Source: an uncultured Bdellovibrionales bacterium (GTDB taxonomy: Bacteria; Patescibacteriota; Minisyncoccia; Moranbacterales; UBA2206). Taken from it: 60,819 nt of DNA. Below are positions 53,721 through 60,819 of the stretch, piece after piece. The stretch spans positions 54,037-114,855 of the forward strand of contig CAZJOI010000001.1 of assembly GCA_964547585.1 (NCBI GenBank), given 5' to 3'. The translations under genes and the position numbers were made by a program. The number at the start of each line of letters is the position of its first letter. The first letter of the stretch is position 1. Under the pieces are notes generated by a model. The model made no database searches. It was given only the letters and a program-made list of their open reading frames with translations, and was not told the DNA's origin.

Positions 53721-54341
53721 ATGATTGAAACTATTATTAGTTATTTAGCTAGTTTTATTATTGCAGGAATATCAATGCTGGGATATGGCGGAGTCGTCCT
53801 GATGATGGCCATTGAAAGTGCCTGCATCCCTTTACCCTCGGAAATAATTATGCCTTTTTCTGGTTATTTGGTTTCAACTGGAAAATTCAGTCTGTGGGGC
53901 GTTTCATTTGCCGGAGCATTTGGTTGTGTGATTGGTTCAGTGGTTGCTTATTGGATTGGATATTATGGAGGAAGACCAATGGCGGAAAAATATGGAAAAT
54001 ATGTTTTAGTGACTAAGCATGATTTGGATATTGCGGATAATTTTTTTAATAAATATGGGAATACGGCGGTTTTCATCTCGCGCTTATTGCCAGTAGTCAG
54101 GACATTCATTTCTTTACCAGCCGGAATTGCTCGCATGAATTTTTGGCAATTTGTGATTTATACATTTCTTGGATCTTTGCCTTTCTGCCTTTTCCTGGCA
54201 TATATTGGTAAAAAATTAGGTGATAACTGGGACACACTAGGAGTATATTTTCATAAATTCGACTTGGTTATTGGCATAATTATTGTGCTGGGATTGGTTT
54301 GGTTTGTTCGCAGACATCTTAATCTAGGAAAAACAAAATGA
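53721..54341 (+). CDS. DedA-family membrane protein
   Basis: SACIPLPSEIIMPF.GYL and the R.LPVVRTFISLPAG motif. Confidence 0.8.
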   Translation: MIETIISYLASFIIAGISMLGYGGVVLMMAIESACIPLPSEIIMPFSGYLVSTGKFSLWGVSFAGAFGCVIGSVVAYWIGYYGGRPMAEKYGKYVLVTKHDLDIADNFFNKYGNTAVFISRLLPVVRTFISLPAGIARMNFWQFVIYTFLGSLPFCLFLAYIGKKLGDNWDTLGVYFHKFDLVIGIIIVLGLVWFVRRHLNLGKTK

Positions 54342-55099
54342 AAAAACTGATAGTTGCTAATTTAAAAATGAACCTGGTATCTCCGCAAGAGCGAGAGCGT
54401 TATTTAACTTCTTTGGCTAAAGAATTACAGGGTAAAAAAATAAAAAACTCAGAAATTATTCTTTGTCCGCCCTTTGTGCACCTAGAGGCTTTTGGAAAAA
54501 TAAAGAATAAAAATATAAAACTAGGAGCGCAAAATGTATTTTCTGAAGACAAGGGATCATATACGGGAGAGATTTCTCCAACTATGCTCAAAAATTTTGG
54601 ATGTGAATATGTCATTTTGGGTCACAGCGAGAGAAGAAGATATTTTTCTGAAAATAATGAAGATATCAATTTGAAAATAGTGGCAGCAATCAAAAATGGA
54701 TTGCATCCTATTCTTTGCTTGGGAGAAACAAAGGCAGAAAAGGAAAGCGAATTGACTTTACAAATTATTGAAAAACAAGTTCAGGAATGTTTGGCGGGCA
54801 TTTCTAGAACTAAACTGGAGCAAATTATTTTTGTCTATGAGCCTATTTGGGCGGTTGGCAGCGATTTGATTCCAACTATGAATGAAATTATGGAAGCTAA
54901 GGTTTTGATCAGAAAAATTTTGGTGGAAATGTTTGGACAAAAATATATTAAAAACATACAAATACTTTATGGTGGTAGCGTAAATTGTAAAAATAGTAAA
55001 GAAGTTTGTATTGACCCAGAGTTAGATGGCGTTTTGGTTGGCAGAGAAAGTTTGGTTCCGCATGAATTTATGAAAATTGTAGAAACATTAACGAATTAA
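54338..55099 (+). CDS. tpiA: triose-phosphate isomerase
   Basis: ANLKMN, GHSERR and YEPIWAVG. Confidence 0.92.
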   Translation: MKKLIVANLKMNLVSPQERERYLTSLAKELQGKKIKNSEIILCPPFVHLEAFGKIKNKNIKLGAQNVFSEDKGSYTGEISPTMLKNFGCEYVILGHSERRRYFSENNEDINLKIVAAIKNGLHPILCLGETKAEKESELTLQIIEKQVQECLAGISRTKLEQIIFVYEPIWAVGSDLIPTMNEIMEAKVLIRKILVEMFGQKYIKNIQILYGGSVNCKNSKEVCIDPELDGVLVGRESLVPHEFMKIVETLTN

Positions 55100-55167
55100 T
55101 GAGTCAAAGTATTAATTAATGGAAATTTTTTAATCCGCTAATCCTTTAATCTGTTAACTAAAATAAA

Positions 55168-56049
55168 ATGATTACATCAGTTAAAGAAATATTAGCCAAA
55201 GCTAAGGCGGGTGGATATGCTGTCGGAGCCTTTAATACTGTAAATTTGGAAACTACCAAGGCAATTGTTGCGGCTGCCAGGGAAATGAATTCTCCGGTGA
55301 TTATTCAGATTACGGAAAAAACCATGGAATATGCTGGAGGAAGAGGTATATTTAATTTGGTGAAAAATGAAGCTGAATTCTATGCTCCAGACATTCCTAT
55401 TGGAATTCATTTGGATCATGGGAAAAGTTTTGAAATAGTTAAAAGATGCGCGGTTATTGGCTTCACCTCTGTTATGTATGACGGATCCAGAAAAACGTTT
55501 GAAGATAATGTAATTACCACCAAGGAGGTGGTGGATTTTTGTCATGGGAACGGGAAAGAAATATGTGTTCAGGGCGAATTGGGTAATGTGCCTTATCTTA
55601 GTGAGCATAAAATGGGAGAGGTTGACTGGGATGAATATATGACTAAGCCTGAACAGGCCAAAGAATTTGTTGAGCGCACAGGCGTGGATGCTTTGGCGGT
55701 AGCAATCGGCAACGCGCATGATTTTTTTCAAGAAAGGGAGACTCCGGATTGGGAGAGATTAGAAAAAATTGTGGGCTTGGTTAATGTGCCAATTATCATT
55801 CATGGGGCATCAGACTGGGAGGACGGAAAAGCGACAGAAGCCATAAGGAGGGGAGCAACCTGTTTTAATGTAGATACCAATATTCGCTTAGCTTTTGTGA
55901 ATACTTTGAGCAGTATTTTCAGGGGAAAACAAGAGCCAGGATTTGATCCAAGAAATATTTTGGGTCAAGCGCGTGAATCAGTAAAGGAAAAAGTAAAAAG
56001 GAAGATGAAATTATTTGGCAGTGTTGATAAAGCGCAAATTGGTTCGTAG
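55168..56049 (+). CDS. fba: class II fructose-bisphosphate aldolase family protein
   Basis: GYAVGAFN, HLDHG, H.ASD and the rest of the class II aldolase pattern. Confidence 0.85.
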   Translation: MITSVKEILAKAKAGGYAVGAFNTVNLETTKAIVAAAREMNSPVIIQITEKTMEYAGGRGIFNLVKNEAEFYAPDIPIGIHLDHGKSFEIVKRCAVIGFTSVMYDGSRKTFEDNVITTKEVVDFCHGNGKEICVQGELGNVPYLSEHKMGEVDWDEYMTKPEQAKEFVERTGVDALAVAIGNAHDFFQERETPDWERLEKIVGLVNVPIIIHGASDWEDGKATEAIRRGATCFNVDTNIRLAFVNTLSSIFRGKQEPGFDPRNILGQARESVKEKVKRKMKLFGSVDKAQIGS

Positions 56050-56075
56050 TTTGTAGTTTTCGGTTTGTAGCAAAT
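56047..56075 (+). repeat. TAGTTTGTAG / CGGTTTGTAG motif after the fba stop
   Basis: The fba TAG stop is part of TAGTTTGTAGTTTTCGGTTTGTAG. Confidence 0.55.
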
Positions 56076-56104
56076 ATTTTTTAATAATTCTTTATTATAA
56101 ATTT

Positions 56105-57097
56105 ATGATTAAAATTGCCATCAATGGCTTTGGTAGAATCGGTCGTCTATCATTTAAAATTGCTTTTGAGAGAGAAGATGTAGAAATAGTTGCCATTAAT
56201 GATTTAACCGATATCCAGACATCTACGCATCTTTTGAAATACGACTCATCTTACGGAAGATATGACCATGAAGTTTTTGTGGATGAAGAAAAATCAGAAA
56301 TTGTTATTGATGGAACAATTGTAAAATATTTTAGCGAAGTTGATCCAGCCAAATTGCCCTGGGAAGAGTTGGGTGTGGATATTGTTTTGGAATGTACGGG
56401 TGCCTTTGAAAATAAAGAAGCGGCTGGGAAACATCTGGCTGCCGGAGCTAAAAAAGTTATTATGAGTGCTCCAGCTAAGGACGATACCCCAGTTTTTATT
56501 TTGGGTATCAATGAAAATGAATACAATGGAGAAGACATAATTTCCAATGGATCTTGCACAACTAATTGCTTGGCGCCAATTATTAAAGTTTTGGATGATA
56601 ATTTTGGCTTAGATAAGGGATTTATGACCACTACTCATTCTTACACCAACGATCAAAGACTTTTGGATTTGCCTCACCGAGATTTACGCAGAGCTCGAGC
56701 AGCAGCTCTTAATATTATTCCGACAACCACTGGCGCTGCCAAAACAGTTGGGAAAGTTATTAAACATTTGGATGGAAAACTGGATGGAATTTCGCTACGA
56801 GTTCCAACTCCGGTAGTTTCTATTGTTGATTTTATTTGTAATATCAAAAAACCTTCCAGTGCGGAAGAAGTTAATAGAGTTTTCGAAGAGGCTTCGCAAA
56901 ACGGGCTCAGAGGGATTTTGGGAATCGAAAAAGAAAAATTGGTTTCCATGGATTTTAAAGGTGATCCACGCTCATCGATTGTTGACCTATCACTTACGAT
57001 GGTAAATGGCAATTTGGTTAAGGTTGTGGGCTGGTATGACAATGAATGGGGATATGCTAATCGCTTAGTAGAAATGGCTGAATATATTTCCAAATAA
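56105..57097 (+). CDS. gap: glyceraldehyde-3-phosphate dehydrogenase
   Basis: INGFGRIGR, SCTTNCLAP and WYDNEWGY. Confidence 0.95.
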   Translation: MIKIAINGFGRIGRLSFKIAFEREDVEIVAINDLTDIQTSTHLLKYDSSYGRYDHEVFVDEEKSEIVIDGTIVKYFSEVDPAKLPWEELGVDIVLECTGAFENKEAAGKHLAAGAKKVIMSAPAKDDTPVFILGINENEYNGEDIISNGSCTTNCLAPIIKVLDDNFGLDKGFMTTTHSYTNDQRLLDLPHRDLRRARAAALNIIPTTTGAAKTVGKVIKHLDGKLDGISLRVPTPVVSIVDFICNIKKPSSAEEVNRVFEEASQNGLRGILGIEKEKLVSMDFKGDPRSSIVDLSLTMVNGNLVKVVGWYDNEWGYANRLVEMAEYISK

Positions 57098-57120
57098 TCT
57101 AAAAACTTAAGAACTAACTT

Positions 57121-58695
57121 ATGTTTGATGTTTTAATAAAAAATGGAGTTGTTATTGATGGAACAGGGGAGCCCATGTATCGGGCGGACATTGGAATTAA
57201 TGAAGAAAAAATTTCTAAAATCGGGCAATTGCAAAATGAAAGAGGAAAAATAGAAATTGATGCCTCGGGCCTTTTGGTTTGCCCTGGCTTTGTGGATGTG
57301 AATAATCACAGCGATACTTATTGGCAAATATTTTTAGATCCAGATCTCGAGAGTCTCGTATATCAAGGAATCACAACAATTATTGGAGGAAATTGTGGAT
57401 CGTCCTTGGCTCCACTTATAAATGAAAAGTCTATTCAGTCTATTCAAAAATGGGTAAATATTGGCAAAATAAGTTTCAGTTGGCTGAAGCTTGATGAGTT
57501 GCTAACTTTTATTGAAAATAAAGAATTGTCAGTAAACTTTGGAACGTTGATTGGTTATGGAACACTTCGCAGAGGTCTTATTCGCGATCAAGCAGAGGAT
57601 CTGGATTCCAAAGAAAGAAAAGTAATAGAAAATCTCTTTATGGCCTCAATGAAAGAAGGTGCTTTTGGACTTTCGGCTGGCTTGGTTTATGTTCATACAA
57701 GACTGGCGAAATTTCAGGATTTATTAGATATGGCTGCTATTGTCAAAAAATATGATGGAGTTTTTGTTTTACACCTTCGAAATGAAAGAGAAAAATTAAT
57801 AGAGTCAATCCAAGAAGTTATAGATATTGCTAAGGAATCAGGTGCTAAGGTTCATATTTCCCACCTCAAAGTAATGGGAAAGAAAAATTGGCCATTGATG
57901 TCAGCGGCCCTAGAAATGTTACAAAAGGCTTGTGAAGATGGAGCACTGATAACTTTCGATGTCTATCCTTATACAACTACAGGAACAGTTTTACATACGC
58001 TTTTGCCTGACTGGGTAACTGAAGGTGGAAAATACATGATGCTGCGTCGTATTAAGGATCCATCAATCCGTCCTAAGATTATCGCCGATATGAAAAAATC
58101 TGGATTTGATTTTTCTAAAATAAAAATAGCCATTTCTCCTATTGTCAAATCTTTAGCCAAGAGAGATGTTGCTGAAAGTGCTGCTGACCAAGGCAGAGGC
58201 GTAGAAGATGTTCTTTTAAATATTTTGGCGGCCTCTGAGGGACACGTTGTTGTTTCAATGGAGGTTTTGAACGATGAAAGCATTGAAAGAATCATTGCCA
58301 ATCCGCTTTCGATTATTTCCTCCAACAGTGCTGGCTATAATCTGGGTCACGCCAAAACAGGGGAATTCGTTCATCCTAGAAGCTTTGGAACTTTTCCTAG
58401 AGTTCTGCATGAATATATTCTGAGAAGACAAATTATCAGCTGGGAAGAAGCTGTTCGAAAAATGACAAGTTTTCCAGCTGAAAGATTCGGAATTTTAAAA
58501 AGAGGAAAAATAGAAGAAAAATATTTTGCCGACATAACTATTATTGATAGAGATGAGATACAAGACCTTGCAACGGTCGAAAACCCCTATCAATACAGCA
58601 AAGGAGTCAAGTTTGTTTTAGTTAATGGAAAAGTGGCCATGGATAATGGAAAATATTTGGGAATCAAAAATGGCTCAGTGCTGAAGCGGGATTAG
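57121..58695 (+). CDS. D-aminoacylase-like amidohydrolase (N-acyl-D-amino-acid deacylase family)
   Basis: Collinear with the D-aminoacylase family (DG.G......DI.I....I..IG). The usual HxH reads VNNHSD here, so the first His is replaced by Asn. Confidence 0.7.
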   Translation: MFDVLIKNGVVIDGTGEPMYRADIGINEEKISKIGQLQNERGKIEIDASGLLVCPGFVDVNNHSDTYWQIFLDPDLESLVYQGITTIIGGNCGSSLAPLINEKSIQSIQKWVNIGKISFSWLKLDELLTFIENKELSVNFGTLIGYGTLRRGLIRDQAEDLDSKERKVIENLFMASMKEGAFGLSAGLVYVHTRLAKFQDLLDMAAIVKKYDGVFVLHLRNEREKLIESIQEVIDIAKESGAKVHISHLKVMGKKNWPLMSAALEMLQKACEDGALITFDVYPYTTTGTVLHTLLPDWVTEGGKYMMLRRIKDPSIRPKIIADMKKSGFDFSKIKIAISPIVKSLAKRDVAESAADQGRGVEDVLLNILAASEGHVVVSMEVLNDESIERIIANPLSIISSNSAGYNLGHAKTGEFVHPRSFGTFPRVLHEYILRRQIISWEEAVRKMTSFPAERFGILKRGKIEEKYFADITIIDRDEIQDLATVENPYQYSKGVKFVLVNGKVAMDNGKYLGIKNGSVLKRD

Positions 58696-58771
58696 GTTAG
58701 GAGGTCAAAATATTTTGCGGAAACATTAATCGTTGCTGTTTTTTTGGTTTTAAGCTTAAAACTTAGCGAAG

Positions 58772-60172
58772 ATGAAAATTAAAGATCTCAAAGGTAAAAA
58801 AATAACTGTGATGGGGCTAGGACTCTTGGGTGGAGGTCTGGCCGTTGTTCGTTTTCTACATGAAGCCGGAGCCAGGGTCATTGTTACTGATATAAAATCC
58901 AAAGAAGACCTAGTGCCTTCAATTGAAAAATTGAAAGATCTGAAAAATATAGAATATGTTTTGGGACAACATCGCGTTGAAGATTTTGTAAAAGTTGATA
59001 TGATAGTCAAGAATCCAGCTGCGCGCTGGGACAACAAATATATAAAATTAGCCTTAGAAAATAATGTTCCTGTAGAGATCGATTCTAGCTTGTTCTTTAA
59101 GCTTTGTAAAAATACGATCGTAGGTGTTACGGGAACAAAAGGAAAAACTACAACGTCAAGTTTGATATATGAAATTTTAAAGACAGCTGGAAAAAATGTG
59201 GTCAAGGTTGGTATTGATAAAATTTCTGTTTTAGATAAGCTAAAAGAATTGAAAAAAGACAGTATTGTTGTTTTCGAGCTCTCGAGCTGGAGACTCAGTG
59301 CTTTGGGAATGTACGGGATTAGCCCACACGTGGCCGTTTTTACTAATATTTATCCAGATCATCTCAACTATTACAAGACATTAGCCGGTTATATTGGAGA
59401 TAAAAAATTTATTTTTTCCAGTCAAAAAGTAACGGATTTTTGCATAATCAACAGTGATGATAGGGCTTTGCAAAAAATGATTTCTGAAATAAAATCACAA
59501 ATCATCAAATTTTCTCGCGAGAAAATTGAGCGAGGCAGGTCGGTCTATATGGATGAGGAAAAAATTTATCTTAATAATGGAATTGACGAAAAAAGAATAG
59601 TTGATATTTCGGAGATAAAATTAAAAGGACAGCATAATTGGGGAAACATTATGGCAAGTATCGGAGCGACCTACGTATTGGATATTAAAGTTGAAAGTAT
59701 GCGCAAGGCTATTTTGAATTTTGTAAAAGCTCCCTCGCAAAGGCTGGAATTTATTCGAGAATTTGAAGGTATTCAATATTATAATGATACGGCCGCGACT
59801 ACTCCAGAAAGCGCTCTTTTAGGCATCAATTCGTTTGAGGAGCCAATTATTTTGATTTGCGGCGGAGCTGATAAAAATTTAGATATGTCGGAATTGGCCA
59901 AAACTATCTGTGAAAGGGTTAAGGGTGTAATTTTTTTGAAAGGAGAGGCGAGTGATAAAATTATTTCAGAAATGAATAATCTTTTTTGTGATGCCGAGAA
60001 AAAAAGATTCCCTATTGTTGAATCAATGAAAAAAGCCGTAGAAGTTGCTAGGTCAGTTGCCGAACCAGGAGATGTGATTTTGCTTTCTCCAGGAGCTGCC
60101 AGTTTTGGAATTTTTGTCAACGAGTTTGATCGGGGAGAGAAATTTGTGAAGGAAGTGAAAAGTTTAAAGTAA
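58772..60172 (+). CDS. murD: UDP-N-acetylmuramoylalanine--D-glutamate ligase
   Basis: GLGLLGGG Rossmann-like N-terminus, GVTGTKGKTTT P-loop and the Mur ligase middle and C domains. Confidence 0.88.
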   Translation: MKIKDLKGKKITVMGLGLLGGGLAVVRFLHEAGARVIVTDIKSKEDLVPSIEKLKDLKNIEYVLGQHRVEDFVKVDMIVKNPAARWDNKYIKLALENNVPVEIDSSLFFKLCKNTIVGVTGTKGKTTTSSLIYEILKTAGKNVVKVGIDKISVLDKLKELKKDSIVVFELSSWRLSALGMYGISPHVAVFTNIYPDHLNYYKTLAGYIGDKKFIFSSQKVTDFCIINSDDRALQKMISEIKSQIIKFSREKIERGRSVYMDEEKIYLNNGIDEKRIVDISEIKLKGQHNWGNIMASIGATYVLDIKVESMRKAILNFVKAPSQRLEFIREFEGIQYYNDTAATTPESALLGINSFEEPIILICGGADKNLDMSELAKTICERVKGVIFLKGEASDKIISEMNNLFCDAEKKRFPIVESMKKAVEVARSVAEPGDVILLSPGAASFGIFVNEFDRGEKFVKEVKSLK

Positions 60173-60229
60173 CTATGGACAAAAAAGAACCAGTTTGCTA
60201 GAATTAAATTTAGTTTTTGAATTTGATTT

Positions 60230-60387
60230 GGGTTCTTAGCTCAGTTTCCGCCGGAGGCGGACAAGGTCCGAGCGCTGTAATAGTGAAAGTATATAATCCG
60301 AGTTTGATTTAAGGAACTCAGTTCCCGCCGGAGGCGGACAGGGTACGAGCGCTGTAATAGTGAAAGTATATAATCCGAGTTTGATTT
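60230..60387 (+). repeat. two tandem units of about 77-81 nt, each starting with a tRNA-Ala 5'-like fragment and carrying a CCGCC-GGA-GGCGG hairpin and a TATAAT box
   Basis: Unit 1 is 60230-60310 and starts with GGGTTCTTAGCTCAGTT, 16 of 17 identical to the tRNA-Ala 5' end. Unit 2 is 60311-60387. Both contain ..GAGCGCTGTAATAGTGAAAGTATATAATCCGAGTTTGATTT. Confidence 0.75.
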
Positions 60388-60460
60388 GGGCTCTTAGCTC
60401 AGTTGGTAGAGCGCCTCGCTTGCACCGAGGAGGTCAGGAGTTCGAATCTCCTAGAGTCCA
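60388..60460 (+). tRNA. tRNA-Ala (anticodon UGC)
   Basis: Manual cloverleaf: GGGCUCU acceptor with G3:U70, anticodon loop CUUGCAC, T-loop UUCGAAU, discriminator A. CCA is not encoded. Confidence 0.9.
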
Positions 60461-60475
60461 CCGTAGGATAGATAT

Positions 60476-60545
60476 GGGCGTATAGCTCAGTTGGTTATCT
60501 GCCTGCCGGTAGACAGGGAGTGCGCCCGCCTAGGCGGGTAATGAT
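60476..60545 (+). pseudogene. tRNA-Ile-like 5' fragment followed by GC-rich hairpins (no anticodon or T arm)
   Basis: GGGCGTATAGCTCAGTTGGTTA matches the first 22 nt of the downstream tRNA-Ile at 20 of 22. Then come CTGCCTGCCGGTAGACAGG and CCCGCC-TA-GGCGGG. No T-arm can be found. Confidence 0.55.
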
Positions 60546-60576
60546 GAGGTTAACATAAAAATAAATTAAAATTTTA

Positions 60577-60650
60577 GGGCGATTAGCTCAGTTGGTTAGA
60601 GCGCGTCACTGATAATGACGAGGTCTCAAGTTCGAATCTTGAATCGCCCA
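60577..60650 (+). tRNA. tRNA-Ile (anticodon GAU)
   Basis: Manual cloverleaf: GGGCGAU acceptor, anticodon loop CUGAUAA, T-loop UUCGAAU, discriminator A. Confidence 0.9.
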
Positions 60651-60653
60651 CCC

Positions 60654-60819
60654 ATGTTTTTTACATATGTATTGGAAAATTCCAATGCAAAAAGATATAT
60701 AGGTAGCACAAATAATCTTGAAAAAAGATTGTTTTTTCACAACGATATTTCTCCAGAAAGAGCCAAATTTCATAAAACGACTTACAAGAAAGGTCCCTGG
60801 AAAGTTATTTTTGAAAAAG
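60654..60819 (+). CDS. GIY-YIG nuclease-family protein (partial, runs off the window end)
   Basis: My translation is MFFTYVLENSNAKRYIGSTNNLEKRLFFHN...KFHKTTYKKGPWKVIFEK. It shows the GIY-YIG/URI pattern (Y(V/I)L....YIG.T.NLE.RL..HN). It starts 4 nt after tRNA-Ile. Confidence 0.6.
   Translation, partial: MFFTYVLENSNAKRYIGSTNNLEKRLFFHNDISPERAKFHKTTYKKGPWKVIFEK

Noticed and set aside
60230-60387. Possible CRISPR array
   Set aside because: There are only two directly abutting units of about 77-81 nt with no spacers, and no cas genes. The units are tRNA-derived.
60476-60545. A possible functional tRNA with an intron
   Set aside because: I could not build an anticodon stem-loop with a 7-nt loop, a T arm or a 3' acceptor strand from the following sequence.

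Overview
AT-rich, gene-dense window with almost all genes on the + strand. It looks like a small Patescibacteria/CPR-type genome. This is an inference from four things: S5 abuts L15 with no L30 gene, most genes lack Shine-Dalgarno sites, comEC is split, and the ribonucleotide reductase is the anaerobic NrdD/NrdG type. Gene order: a dinD-like/lexA pair; envelope glycosylation genes, one GT2 broken at an A8 run; nrdR-nrdD-nrdG; split comEC; ndk, tsaC, rpmB; rpsL-rpsG-fusA; ispG. An accessory stretch follows (about 19.4-36.2 kb). It holds an AdoHcy-hydrolase-like/Nudix fusion, a GNAT-like protein, an AstE/AspA-family deacylase, a 34-codon Cys-containing peptide gene next to a radical SAM/SPASM enzyme, thrS behind a T-box-like leader, a HAD hydrolase, an MtaD-like deaminase, a SpeD-SpeE fusion, a SET-domain protein, an orphan histidine kinase, RhuM and a Nudix protein. 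Then come tuf, the S10/spc-type ribosomal cluster through secY-adk-map, ruvX, GT2, galT, dedA, tpiA-fba-gap, a D-aminoacylase-like gene, murD, a tRNA-Ala/tRNA-Ile locus and a partial GIY-YIG gene. The most unusual signals are non-coding. (1) A structured element of about 150 nt occurs at least 6-7 times, four of them inside the ribosomal-protein cluster. Its long-range arms covary, and its 3' module pairs the downstream start codon into a 9-bp helix that also covaries. (2) A repeated terminator / palindromic site / TTGACA-17-TATAyT promoter / 5' UTR module precedes three or four unrelated accessory genes, including the peptide/radical-SAM pair, which suggests a dispersed regulon. (3) A reduced T-box-like thrS leader. 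(4) tRNA-5'-fragment tandem repeats. (5) Short leader and spacer motifs duplicated between neighbouring ribosomal genes. All family assignments come from reading the translations and recalling motifs. No database search was run.
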